NCBI GenBank assembly: GCA_964414715.1
Contig: CAYPXN010000068.1
Span: forward strand, 1-42,005
Reading direction: 5' to 3'
DNA length: 42,005 nucleotides
Source: an uncultured Pseudomonadota bacterium
GTDB taxonomy: Bacteria > UBA10199 > JADFYH01
Shown here: positions 26,552-38,062 of the stretch, piece after piece
Layout of the letters: every line of letters starts with the position of its first letter
How positions within the stretch are numbered: position 1 is the first letter of the stretch
The notes under the pieces: generated by a model
Told to the model about the DNA's origin: nothing
Database searches by the model: none
Seen by the model: the letters and a program-made list of their open reading frames with translations, nothing else
Program-made: the position numbers and the translations under genes

Positions 26552-27709
26552 ATGAAAATACATGAGTATCAAGGTAAAGAAATTCTTAGAAAATACGGGG
26601 TTCCCACCCTCGAAGGTTTAGTAGCCTCGAAAGTGGAAGAAGCCATTCAGGCAGCCGAAAAACTCGGTTTCCCCCTGGTTGTAAAAGCCCAAATTCATGC
26701 CGGAGGAAGAGGAAAAGGTGGTGGGGTTAAACTTGCCAAAAACCTCGAAGAAGCCAAAACCCATATCAAAAATATTTTGGGAATGACCTTGGTGACCCAC
26801 CAAACAGGACCTGAAGGAAAATTGGTCAAAAAGCTTTTTCTCGAAAAGGGTTGCGATATTGGTCGGGAGCTTTATTTGGGAGCAGTACTTGATCGTGCAA
26901 GTTCTCGAGTCACTTTCATGGCCTCTACGGAAGGGGGAATGGAAATTGAGGAAGTAGCCGCGAAAAATCCCGAAAAAATTTTGAAACTGTCTGTGGATCC
27001 TGAATTGGGCGTGAACCCCAGTGAAGCACTTGCAATTGCACAAAAACTGGATCTCAATGGTGCCACCGGTGAAAAATTTGTTCAGTTTGTAAAAGCTCTT
27101 TATGATGCTTACATGAAAGGGGATTGCTCTCTTGTTGAAATCAATCCTCTTGTGGTTACTAAACAAGGGGATTTGTTGGCTCTCGATGCGAAAATTGCTT
27201 TTGATGATAATGCCTTGTTTCGTCATCCGGAATATGAAGCCATGAGAGATTTGGATGAAGAAGATCCGGCCGAAATCGAGGCGAAGAAATACGATCTTTC
27301 TTATATCAGTCTCGAAGGAAATATTGGTTGCATGGTAAATGGTGCGGGTTTGGCAATGGCGACCATGGATATTATTAAAGTCAGTGGCGGGGAACCTGCA
27401 AACTTCCTTGATGTGGGCGGAGGCGCAACAGCAGAAAAAGTAACCGCCGCTTTCAAAATTATTTTGGCAGATCCGAAAGTAAAAGGAATTCTCATCAATA
27501 TTTTTGGTGGAATTATGAAATGTGACACCATTGCAAATGGAGTGGTGACTGCGGCTCGTGAAGTAGACATTAAAGTGCCTGTAGTGGTTCGTCTTCAAGG
27601 CACGAATGTGGATTTAGGTAAAAAGATTCTTCAGGAATCAGGATTACCTTTAATCTCCGAAGATAACCTCACCAAAGCCGCTGCGAAAATTGTAGAAATG
27701 ACGAAATAA
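26552..27709 (+). CDS. sucC: succinyl-CoA synthetase beta subunit
   Basis: '[18 protein letters not shown]' ATP-grasp N-terminus and '[18 protein letters not shown]'. Confidence 0.95.
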   Translation: MKIHEYQGKEILRKYGVPTLEGLVASKVEEAIQAAEKLGFPLVVKAQIHAGGRGKGGGVKLAKNLEEAKTHIKNILGMTLVTHQTGPEGKLVKKLFLEKGCDIGRELYLGAVLDRASSRVTFMASTEGGMEIEEVAAKNPEKILKLSVDPELGVNPSEALAIAQKLDLNGATGEKFVQFVKALYDAYMKGDCSLVEINPLVVTKQGDLLALDAKIAFDDNALFRHPEYEAMRDLDEEDPAEIEAKKYDLSYISLEGNIGCMVNGAGLAMATMDIIKVSGGEPANFLDVGGGATAEKVTAAFKIILADPKVKGILINIFGGIMKCDTIANGVVTAAREVDIKVPVVVRLQGTNVDLGKKILQESGLPLISEDNLTKAAAKIVEMTK

Positions 27710-27718
27710 GGAAATTCT

Positions 27719-28591
27719 ATGTCTGTTCTCGTAAATAAAACTACAAAAGTGATGACTCAGGGAATTACCGGTAAAACAGGTCAATTCCACACCCAACAAT
27801 GTAAAGCTTATGGCACCCAAATGGTGGCAGGTGTGACTCCTGGTAAAGGGGGACAAGAATTTGAAGGGATTCCTATCTTCAATAGTGTGCGCGATGCGAA
27901 AGAAAAAACAGGCGCGACAGTTTCTGTGATTTATGTTCCTCCCAAATTTGCAGCCGCTGCGATTAAAGAAGCGGTAGATGCAGAACTTGCTTTGGTGGTT
28001 TGTATTACAGAAGGCATTCCTGTGAACGACATGATTATGGTTAAGCGTTACATGCAAGGCAAAAATACTCGCCTCATCGGACCTAACTGCCCTGGGATTA
28101 TTACTCCCGGCGAATGTAAAATCGGAATTATGCCTGGCCATATTCATCGTCCAGGAAAAGTAGGTGTGGTTTCAAGATCAGGAACCCTTACTTATGAAGC
28201 AGTAGATCAGGTGACTAAAATGGGACTCGGACAATCAACCTGTATTGGAATTGGTGGAGATCCTGTAAATGGAACGAACTTCATCGATTGTCTGAAATTA
28301 TTTAATGAAGACCCTGATACCGAAGCGATTGTCATGATCGGTGAAATTGGGGGCTCTGCAGAAGAAGAAGCTGCTGAATATATTAAAAGTTATGTGAAGA
28401 AGCCCATGGCAGGATTTATTGCAGGTATTTCTGCTCCGGAAGGCAAGCGCATGGGGCATGCCGGTGCGATTATCGCTGGTGGAAAAGGAACGGCAAAAGA
28501 CAAGATTCAAGCAATGGAGTCAGCCGGTGTACGTATGGCAAGAACGATTGCTGAAATCGGTGTTGCTTTAAAAGAAGTGTATAAAAATTGA
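27719..28591 (+). CDS. sucD: succinyl-CoA synthetase alpha subunit
   Basis: 'VQGITGKTG', '[10 protein letters not shown]', and 'MGHAGAII' with the phospho-His. Confidence 0.95.
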   Translation: MSVLVNKTTKVMTQGITGKTGQFHTQQCKAYGTQMVAGVTPGKGGQEFEGIPIFNSVRDAKEKTGATVSVIYVPPKFAAAAIKEAVDAELALVVCITEGIPVNDMIMVKRYMQGKNTRLIGPNCPGIITPGECKIGIMPGHIHRPGKVGVVSRSGTLTYEAVDQVTKMGLGQSTCIGIGGDPVNGTNFIDCLKLFNEDPDTEAIVMIGEIGGSAEEEAAEYIKSYVKKPMAGFIAGISAPEGKRMGHAGAIIAGGKGTAKDKIQAMESAGVRMARTIAEIGVALKEVYKN

Positions 28592-28594
28592 TCC

Positions 28595-28648
28595 TTCGAC
28601 AGGCTCAGGATGTCCGGTTTTTTATTTGGACATGGTGAGGCTCTCGAA
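28595..28648. repeat. imperfect 21-bp inverted repeat (ttcgacaggctcaggatgtcc / ggacatggtgaggctctcgaa)
   Basis: 17 of 21 positions pair. The T-rich loop is ggttttttattt. The leading GATCCTTCGAC...GTTTTTTATTT is shared with 41519-41547. Confidence 0.45.
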
Positions 28649-28668
28649 CTATGAAAAGGAAATATTCT

Positions 28669-29094
28669 ATGGCAGTCGAAAAAACCCTCTCTATCGTAAA
28701 ACCCGATGGCGTTCGTAAAAATGTGATCGGTGAATGCTTCAGCCGCTTCGAAAAAGCAGGCTTAAAAGTAGTCGCTACCAAAATGATTTGGATGGATCGT
28801 CGTATCGCAGAAGGTTTCTATGCAGTTCACAAGGAAAGACCTTTCTTCGAAAGTTTGGTGCAATTCATGACCTCGGGACCTTGTGTGGTTTCTGTATTGG
28901 AAGGTGAGAACGCCATTGCAAAAAATCGCGAAATTATGGGTGCTACCAATCCTGCCAATGCAAACCCTGGCACGATTCGAAAAGATTTTGCGGATAACGT
29001 GGAACAAAATATTGTACATGGATCGGATGCTCCTGAAACCGCGGCAGTAGAAGTGGCTTACTTTTTTCCCTCGAATCAGATTTTTTCTCGTTGA
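28669..29094 (+). CDS. ndk: nucleoside diphosphate kinase
   Basis: '[10 protein letters not shown]' and the 'NIVHGSD' active-site His. AAGGA RBS before ATG 28669. Confidence 0.95.
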   Translation: MAVEKTLSIVKPDGVRKNVIGECFSRFEKAGLKVVATKMIWMDRRIAEGFYAVHKERPFFESLVQFMTSGPCVVSVLEGENAIAKNREIMGATNPANANPGTIRKDFADNVEQNIVHGSDAPETAAVEVAYFFPSNQIFSR

Positions 29095-29095
29095 T

Positions 29096-29175
29096 GTCAT
29101 CACGAGCCCGAAGGGCGTGGTGATCCCCCGAGTACAAGAGGGAGATTGCCACGTCGCTGCGCTCCTCGCAATGAC
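29096..29175 (-). repeat. 80-bp nested-palindrome repeat (GTCATYRCGAG termini), copy 1, inverted relative to copy 2
   Basis: gtcatcacgag...ctcgcaatgac. Its reverse complement matches 36811-36890 at about 63 of 80 positions. Confidence 0.75.
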
Positions 29176-29193
29176 AAGAAGGTGATAAAAATT

Positions 29194-29742
29194 ATGAAAA
29201 AAGTTCTTCCCTTTTTCTTTTTGTTTCTTTTTTCTGCCAATCTTCATGCTGCAGGAATTCCTGTTTATTCCGCGAATGGTTTTACCTGCGGTAGAATGGG
29301 CGTTACCGTCACTTGTAAGGGGCCACTTCCAGGTTCTCAAGCTCGGGATACAGCAACCGCCACGGGGCATAATCTTGTTTATCTTACGGTAGATACCATC
29401 GATAATGGCCAACCCTTAAGATACACCTATTTTAGTGATACGGGTTGTTTGGTGGGTTATTCCTTTGGTGCGGATGGAAAACCTGTTGGGGTGGTTGCAC
29501 GGCATCGTAGTGGTTCTAAGGCGAATTTCCAGGTTCAAAATGAAAATTATGATGAAGTCATTTCTTACTGCGAACAAAATTTGCCAAACTCTCCGGCTCC
29601 TGTAACGGGTTATGATTCACCGGGTGTGAAGTCCAAACCTGCCCCTGTTCCTACTTCTGCGGCTCCTGCGAAGCCTGCAAATGTGGCTGTAAAACCGACA
29701 AGTCCTGCGAAGCCTGCAACGGCTACCAAGAAGCAAAACTAA
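29194..29742 (+). CDS. secreted protein with a Pro/Ala/Lys-rich C-terminal tail (hypothetical)
   Basis: Signal peptide MKKVLPFFFLFLFSANLHA. Tail KPAPVPTSAAPAKPANVAVKPTSPAKPATATKKQN. The ORF-track start at 29146 lies inside the repeat. Confidence 0.6.
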   Translation: MKKVLPFFFLFLFSANLHAAGIPVYSANGFTCGRMGVTVTCKGPLPGSQARDTATATGHNLVYLTVDTIDNGQPLRYTYFSDTGCLVGYSFGADGKPVGVVARHRSGSKANFQVQNENYDEVISYCEQNLPNSPAPVTGYDSPGVKSKPAPVPTSAAPAKPANVAVKPTSPAKPATATKKQN

Positions 29743-29772
29743 TTTTTAGCTGGGACTGAAAAAGTCAATTTC

Positions 29773-30615
29773 TTAGGAAATTTTCTTGTATTTGAAAAGC
29801 CACGCGATGTCTTCGGTTCTGAAACCTGAAGCACCCGGATGACCACCGCCGCCATATTTTTTGGCGATTTCACTCACATCAATTCGATCAGAACGTAGGC
29901 TGAAATTCCAAAGCTTTCCGGTATAATAAAAAATCAGGGCTACTTCATAACCCAAGTTTTTGTAAATGTATTCTCCCATTTCACTCGATTCAGAACTCCA
30001 ATTTACAGCAAGCGTTCGATAGCCGTGAAAATCAAGTTCGAAGCCTTTTTGAGATCCTTCCTTGATGCGCATTTTTTGGCTTTGCAAAGCGGCTGCACCT
30101 GCATCGACAAGCTTTTGGAATTTTTGATCGTCCATTTGATCAATCAGATTTTTCCAGACTTGTCCGCCAGGATTCAGAATGCCTTCGATATCCCTTAAAG
30201 CGGCTGTAACTTCCCGAGAGTGGGGGAGTTTCCATTCCCAAATGTCTTTGTCTTTTACGTAGGCGATCATGCGAGGCATTTCTTCTTGCGGGTATTCCAT
30301 TTTCCAGGTGAGGGAAGCGCCTGATTCTGAGAGGTCCATCGTACCCCAACCCAATGCTTCTTGCGTGGGAATGGCAGTTTTATGGTGATCGTACCAGAAA
30401 ACCTGTTTTGCCTCGGATTTCATTTTTTGAAATACCTCGAGAGGAAAACTAAAATCGACCACAAACACGGTTTTGTTTTTGAGGTTTGTTTCTATTTTGT
30501 CTCCATGGTTCATGGGAATCAGATGGGCTTGGGGATATTTTCGGTGGATAACGGCTGCAGCCGCAGCGCCGTCAGTGCAATTTGCATGATAAAAACAGAC
30601 AATTTCGTTGTGCAT
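29773..30615 (-). CDS. DHH/DHHA1-family phosphoesterase
   Basis: 'HANCTDGAAAA', 'VVDFSF', 'YDHHKT' and 'GGGGHPGASGF' motifs. Confidence 0.85.
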   Translation of the reverse strand: MHNEIVCFYHANCTDGAAAAAVIHRKYPQAHLIPMNHGDKIETNLKNKTVFVVDFSFPLEVFQKMKSEAKQVFWYDHHKTAIPTQEALGWGTMDLSESGASLTWKMEYPQEEMPRMIAYVKDKDIWEWKLPHSREVTAALRDIEGILNPGGQVWKNLIDQMDDQKFQKLVDAGAAALQSQKMRIKEGSQKGFELDFHGYRTLAVNWSSESSEMGEYIYKNLGYEVALIFYYTGKLWNFSLRSDRIDVSEIAKKYGGGGHPGASGFRTEDIAWLFKYKKIS

Positions 30616-30665
30616 AAATTTTATTCCTGTATTCGCTTTAATTTAAATATTGTAGCATTTTAATT

Positions 30666-33130
<2,465 letters not shown>

Positions 33131-33138
33131 TTAAAAAA

Positions 33139-34215
33139 TTAACTTTTCTTTCTTTTTGCAGCGCGTAATTCGGAATCAATGATCTTTTTGAATGCTTCCG
33201 GAGGTTGTGCGCCGGAAATCATCTGACCATTGATGAAGAATGCGGGTGTACCACTGACCCCGGCCTTCATACCCTCTTGTTGGTCCTGAGTGATTTGGGC
33301 AGCATATTTTCCGCTATCCAGACATTCATCGAAGTCCTTGGTGTTGAGTTTTAAATCTTCTGCATATTTTTTCAAACTGGGAACATCCAAGGCTTTTTGA
33401 TTGTCCCAGAGTTTTGCACTGTAGTCCCAATATTTCTTTTGATCATTGGCGCAGAGTGCAGCTTCTGCAGCCTTGCGAGCAAAATTGTGGAAGTCGAGAG
33501 GGAAGTTACGAACGGCATAAAAAACATCCCCTTTATACTCATCGGCAACTTGATTTACTGTGGGACGGGCACGTGCGCAGAAGGGACATTGATAGTCGGT
33601 AAATTCAACAATGGTTACGGGAGCGTCTTTGGGGCCTTTGGAAGGTCCATTGCCGGGAGCTACGTCGACACGGGGGCGTTGAATGTAGATTTCAATATCA
33701 GCCTTGGCCATGAGTTTATCAATGAAGTTGTTGCGGAATACACTGGCCTTGCGGGATTTTAATTGAGAAGCGATCAGCGGTTTCATTTCATCGAAAGTTT
33801 TTCCGCCGAAACGAGCCTTGTTTTGGTCATAAAAATCTTGCACTTCTTTGTCGGACACATCAGTCACCTTATCCATTACTTCCGTCTTCATGAGTTCCTG
33901 AACACTGATGTTTCGTTTTTTGGCTTCTGCATCCAAAAGACGTTCTTCAATAATTTGATTGATGCCATCATCTTTCATGTCAAAAATCTGATTTTCAATA
34001 CGGGAAAGACGAGGTTTGATTTTAGCCATCAGTTCCTGATTGGTGATGGGTTGGCCATTCAGTTCGGCAACCACATCCCCTTTGCTGCTTTCTGCCAAGC
34101 CATTGGTCAGGGGAACTGAAGGGGTGTTGGGATTGTTGTTTGAAGATTTTTTTCCACTACATCCCACGCTTGCAACCAACAATGAAGCAAGCAGGACGCT
34201 TGTAAGCTTTTTCAT
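33139..34215 (-). CDS. lipoprotein with a SurA-N-like chaperone region and a DsbA-type thioredoxin domain
   Basis: Lipobox 'LLVASVGC'. 'FTDYQCPFCAR' CxxC active site. 'GVSGTPAFFING'. Confidence 0.8.
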   Translation of the reverse strand: MKKLTSVLLASLLVASVGCSGKKSSNNNPNTPSVPLTNGLAESSKGDVVAELNGQPITNQELMAKIKPRLSRIENQIFDMKDDGINQIIEERLLDAEAKKRNISVQELMKTEVMDKVTDVSDKEVQDFYDQNKARFGGKTFDEMKPLIASQLKSRKASVFRNNFIDKLMAKADIEIYIQRPRVDVAPGNGPSKGPKDAPVTIVEFTDYQCPFCARARPTVNQVADEYKGDVFYAVRNFPLDFHNFARKAAEAALCANDQKKYWDYSAKLWDNQKALDVPSLKKYAEDLKLNTKDFDECLDSGKYAAQITQDQQEGMKAGVSGTPAFFINGQMISGAQPPEAFKKIIDSELRAAKRKKS

Positions 34216-34306
34216 AAAGTTTCGCTCCTTGATTTTGAGTATTGGACTCAATTTAAGGTGTCTACGATATCATTAGGAAGCATTTTCTGGCAAATGGTAA
34301 AAATCG

Positions 34307-34341
34307 TAAAAAAAAACCTCCCAAAAGAGGGAGGTTTTTTT
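34307..34341 (-). terminator. bidirectional Rho-independent terminator downstream of fadN
   Basis: aacctccc-aaaaga-gggaggtt stem flanked by an A-run and a T-run. Confidence 0.8.
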
Positions 34342-34359
34342 GCTTCTAGCAGACATTTT

Positions 34360-34674
34360 TTAATTTCTTAACGGCTTCCCGGTCATCAGAAGCGATTGCA
34401 TTCTTGCCTGGGATTTTTCGGTTCCGCAAAGCTTCAAGAAAGCTTCACGTTCCAAATCAAGAATGTACTGTTCGTTGACTAAACGTTGAGTAGGAATATT
34501 TCCACCACACAAGACGTTGGCCAGTTCTCCGGCAATAACGGCATCATGTTCTGAAATCATGCCCATACGGACAAAACCCTTGATGGCTGAAAGCATGGCC
34601 ATTTTTCCACCGATTCCCGGAACTAAAATGTCTTCTCGGGGTGTCGGTTGAACATAAGTTTTCGCCATTTCCAA
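34360..34674 (-). CDS. fadN: 3-hydroxyacyl-CoA dehydrogenase/enoyl-CoA hydratase (FadN-type), C-terminal fragment
   Basis: 'LDLEREAFLKLCGTEKSQARMQSLLMTGKPLRN', the usual C-terminus of FadN-type enzymes. Same frame as 34750..36792. Confidence 0.8.
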   Translation of the reverse strand: MEMAKTYVQPTPREDILVPGIGGKMAMLSAIKGFVRMGMISEHDAVIAGELANVLCGGNIPTQRLVNEQYILDLEREAFLKLCGTEKSQARMQSLLMTGKPLRN

Positions 34675-34749
34675 AACATCCTGTTTGGCATCGTAGATGA
34701 GGATTTATTTGTTCAGAGTAATTTTGTAAGTGGGTTTGAGATAATCAAG

Positions 34750-36792
34750 CTAAATGCCTTCTTTGGCAGAGGTGGCCACTTTCGCAAAACCGATTTTTTC
34801 GAAAGCTCTCTGGACTTTCGGGAAAGGACCTCCATCACCTAAAGAAGCCCATACTTTTTGTCCTTTGCGGCGAAGGGCAGCTTCGGCATTGAGAAGCATG
34901 TTTTTGCAACCACCGCCAGCGGGGATGAGTCCTGCACCTACTTCGACTAATCCAATATAGGTTTCAGCATAAGCACGGACAGCATCGCAACCCATGGCCA
35001 CTTCACAGCCTCCGCCTAAGGTCATTCCGAAAGGCGCGGCAACAACGGGCTTGGGAGAATATTTGAAAGCCATGCAAAGATCCTGGAAATCTTTTGCCAT
35101 TTGATTGATGGCATCCCAGTTTCCTTGTTGAGATTCCAACCACAAGAGCATGAGGTTTGCGCCCACAGAGAAATTTTGTCCTTCGTTGGCGACCACCATT
35201 CCTTTGTAACCGGATTGTTTGATGAGCTCGAGACCCTTTTGACCCATGGCTCCGATATCGGCATCGATGGCATTCATCTTGGAATGGAATTCCAGGCAGA
35301 TGACGCCGTCACCCAAATCAATCAAGGAAGCGGAGTCATTGCTATCAATGACTTTGCTTTGATCGCGAAGATCTTTGAGTACGACGGAATTCGCTTTCTT
35401 TGGCAAGGCCTTATAGGTGCTCGAAGGAATATCAAAATAGAAGGTCTGACCTTTTTCGCGTTTGTAAAAACTGCCTTGGCCTTTTTCTAATACCTGTTTG
35501 AAAAGAGTTGGAACCTGAAGCCCGTCTTTTTCAATGCGGGCGACCACTTCTTTTACGCCGATGGCATCGATTGCTTCGAAAGGACCAATGTCCCAATTGA
35601 AACCCCAGCGCATGGCATTGTCGATGTTCACAATGTCGTCTGCAATTTCGGGAATGCGATGGGCGGTGTAAATTAAGGTGTCCCGTGTTACTTGCCAGGC
35701 AAGTTCCGCAGCACGATCATTTGAATTGACGAAAGTTTTGATTCTTTCGCCGACGTTTTCGATATCTTTTACGTCAGACAAAGATTCAAATTTGGGGGAC
35801 ATTTTTGCGCGATATTCACAGGTATTGAGATCCAAGGAGAGGACTTCTTTTTTTCCTTCGGCATTTTTAGTCTTTTTGTAGAAGCCTTGTTTGGTTTTGT
35901 CGCCAAGCCACTTGTTGGCGATCATTTTGTTTACCACTTCCGGCATGACGAAAACATTTCGTTCTTCATCGTTGGGACAATTGTCGTAAGTGTTTTTTAC
36001 AACATGGGCGAGAGTGTCTACGCCCACAAGATCTGCAGTACGGAACATCGCAGACTTGGGTTTTCCTAAAGCGGGCCCCAGAATTTTATCCGCTTCTTCA
36101 ATGGTATATTTGCCATCAATTACTTTTTTCAAACCCGCCATGAAAGCATAGGTACCAATGCGGTTGGCGATAAAGTTCGGAGTGTCTTTTGCATAAACGA
36201 CACCTTTTCCCAAAACATCTTCCAGGAAATGCACCATCGTTTTTAAAACTTCAGGATTGGTATCTTTGGATGAAACCACTTCCACCAACTTCAGATAGCG
36301 GACGGGGTTGAAGAAATGGGTGAGGATGAAGTTTTTGCGGAATTTTTCACTGCGTCCTTCCGCCATTGCATGAAGCGGAAGTCCTGAAGTGTTGGAACTG
36401 ATGATGGTGGTATCTTTCATCACTTGTTCCACTTTTGCGAAGACTTGTTGCTTGATATCCGGTCGTTCTAAAACGACTTCCACAATCCAGTCGCAATCTT
36501 TCAGTTTTTCCCAATCATCTTCGAAGTTGCCCGGAGTGATGAGTTTTAAATCACGTTGAGAATAAATGACTGAAGGTTTCGACTTTTTGATGGCTTCAAT
36601 TCCCGCGAGGGCAAATTTGTTACGGAATCGGGGATCATTTTCCTTGAGTCCTGCTTTGGCATCGTCTTCCGTAAATTTGGGGGGGACGATATCAAGAAGC
36701 AAAGAGGGAATGCCTGCACCTGCAAGGTGAGCGGCAATTCCATGTCCCATGACGCCTGCGCTGAGAACGCCGACTTTTTTAATTTGTTTCAT
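34750..36792 (-). CDS. fadN: 3-hydroxyacyl-CoA dehydrogenase/enoyl-CoA hydratase (FadN-type), N-terminal 680 aa, ended by an in-frame TAG
   Basis: 'VGVLSAGVMGHGIAAH' Rossmann motif, 3HCDH middle region and a crotonase-fold part. True start is ATG 36792 (GAGG RBS). The ORF-track extension to 36858 translates the repeat. Confidence 0.85.
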   Translation of the reverse strand: MKQIKKVGVLSAGVMGHGIAAHLAGAGIPSLLLDIVPPKFTEDDAKAGLKENDPRFRNKFALAGIEAIKKSKPSVIYSQRDLKLITPGNFEDDWEKLKDCDWIVEVVLERPDIKQQVFAKVEQVMKDTTIISSNTSGLPLHAMAEGRSEKFRKNFILTHFFNPVRYLKLVEVVSSKDTNPEVLKTMVHFLEDVLGKGVVYAKDTPNFIANRIGTYAFMAGLKKVIDGKYTIEEADKILGPALGKPKSAMFRTADLVGVDTLAHVVKNTYDNCPNDEERNVFVMPEVVNKMIANKWLGDKTKQGFYKKTKNAEGKKEVLSLDLNTCEYRAKMSPKFESLSDVKDIENVGERIKTFVNSNDRAAELAWQVTRDTLIYTAHRIPEIADDIVNIDNAMRWGFNWDIGPFEAIDAIGVKEVVARIEKDGLQVPTLFKQVLEKGQGSFYKREKGQTFYFDIPSSTYKALPKKANSVVLKDLRDQSKVIDSNDSASLIDLGDGVICLEFHSKMNAIDADIGAMGQKGLELIKQSGYKGMVVANEGQNFSVGANLMLLWLESQQGNWDAINQMAKDFQDLCMAFKYSPKPVVAAPFGMTLGGGCEVAMGCDAVRAYAETYIGLVEVGAGLIPAGGGCKNMLLNAEAALRRKGQKVWASLGDGGPFPKVQRAFEKIGFAKVATSAKEGI

Positions 36793-36810
36793 ATGATTAA
36801 CCTCATTATT

Positions 36811-36890
36811 GTCATCGCGAGGAGTGTAGCGACGTGGCGATCCCGCGAGTGCACTCACTGGATTGCCACGCCCTTCGGGCTCGCAATGAC
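36811..36890 (+). repeat. 80-bp nested-palindrome repeat, copy 2 (between fadA and fadN)
   Basis: gtcatcgcgag-gagtgtagcgac-gtggcgatc-N18-gattgccac-gcccttcggg-ctcgcaatgac. Confidence 0.75.
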
Positions 36891-36897
36891 GTGGTCT

Positions 36898-38052
36898 TTA
36901 TAATCTTTCAATGACACATGCGGCACCTTGACCACCACCAATACACATGGTTTCAAGACCCCATTTTTTGTCGTAAGTGAAAAGATCGTTCACCAAGGTG
37001 GCCATGATGCGTGCGCCGGAACATCCTAAAGGATGACCCAAAGCAATGGCTCCGCCGTTCGGGTTTACTTTTTTACGATCGATTTTCAATTCATTGATAA
37101 CCGCAAGCGCTTGGGCTGCGAAAGCTTCGTTGAGTTCAAAAATATCGATGTCGTTGACGGTTTTTCCGGCGCGTTTCAAAACTTTTTGAACCGCGGGGAT
37201 GGGGCCAATTCCCATGATGGAAGGATCACAACCTGCCACTGCCATCGCATGAATGCGTGCGAGGGGTTTTAAGCCTAAGGCTTTTGCTTTTTCGGCACTC
37301 ATGAGGACTACTGCAGCAGCACCGTCTGTAAGAGGAGAAGAGTTACCCGCGGTGACCAAACCATCTTTTTTGAAGACAGGCTTCAAGGTTGAAAGTTTTT
37401 CTAAAGTGGTGTCAGGTCGGGGACCTTCGTCTTTGCTGATCACACGTCCATCGGCCAAGGTTACAGGGACGATTTCATTCTTGAATTTTCCGGATTCCAT
37501 GGCTGCAGAAGCTTTTTGATGACTTTCCACGGCGAATTCGTCCATTTCTTTACGACCGATTTTATATTTTTCGGCAACATTTTCAGCGGTCATTCCCATG
37601 CCGATATAAGCATCGGGCATGCCGGGTTCACAAAGTTTGGGGTTCAAAGAAGGATTAAATCCTCCCATGGGAACATGGGACATGCTTTCTACACCGGCGG
37701 CCACGAAAACTTCTCCGTCTCCCACCATAATGGCGCGGGCTGCATCCATAATGGTTTGAAGAGAAGAGGCGCAAAAACGGTTTACGGTGACTGCGGCGGC
37801 ATCCAAGGGAAGTCCGGCCAAGAAACTGATATTACGAGCGACGTTCATGCCTTGTTCGCCTTCGGGCATGGCACATCCGACGATGACATCTTCAATTTCT
37901 TTGGGATCCAAACCTTTTACGCGAGCCACGGCTTCTTTCACCGCAACGGCACCGAGGTCGTCTGCTCTTAAATTGATATAGTTACCTTTTAATGCACGAC
38001 CCATAGGGCTGCGCACTGCGCTTACGATTACTGCATCACGAAGTTGTGCCAT
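36898..38052 (-). CDS. fadA: acetyl-CoA C-acyltransferase (thiolase)
   Basis: 'VNRFCASSLQ' active-site Cys, 'GHPLGCSGAR', 'CIGGGQG'. Confidence 0.95.
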   Translation of the reverse strand: MAQLRDAVIVSAVRSPMGRALKGNYINLRADDLGAVAVKEAVARVKGLDPKEIEDVIVGCAMPEGEQGMNVARNISFLAGLPLDAAAVTVNRFCASSLQTIMDAARAIMVGDGEVFVAAGVESMSHVPMGGFNPSLNPKLCEPGMPDAYIGMGMTAENVAEKYKIGRKEMDEFAVESHQKASAAMESGKFKNEIVPVTLADGRVISKDEGPRPDTTLEKLSTLKPVFKKDGLVTAGNSSPLTDGAAAVVLMSAEKAKALGLKPLARIHAMAVAGCDPSIMGIGPIPAVQKVLKRAGKTVNDIDIFELNEAFAAQALAVINELKIDRKKVNPNGGAIALGHPLGCSGARIMATLVNDLFTYDKKWGLETMCIGGGQGAACVIERL

Positions 38053-38062
38053 AATTAAAACC

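Noticed and set aside
26618-27598. 326-aa ORF on the minus strand, opposite sucC. Similar long antisense ORFs occur at 2449-3123, 15505-16035, 17013-17510, 27650-28147, 37516-37971 and 38912-39391.
   Set aside because: All lie fully inside strongly recognisable genes on the other strand. They have no recognisable motifs or RBS, and their F/I/H/R/N-rich composition is typical of shadow frames in an AT-rich genome.
29146-29193. N-terminal extension MPRRCAPRNDKKVIKI of ORF 29146-29742. An analogous extension, MSALAGSPRRYTPRDDNNEVNH, occurs at 36793-36858. ORFs 28762-29412 and 41251-41646 are similar cases.
   Set aside because: These residues are translations of the GTCATYRCGAG palindromic repeat. 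Proper starts with an RBS and a signal peptide or Rossmann motif lie downstream (29194 and 36792).
29665-29718. 17-nt direct repeat tcctgcgaagcctgcaa, present twice.
   Set aside because: It lies inside the coding region and simply encodes the repeated PAKPA units of the Pro/Ala-rich tail of the secreted protein. It is not an independent DNA element.
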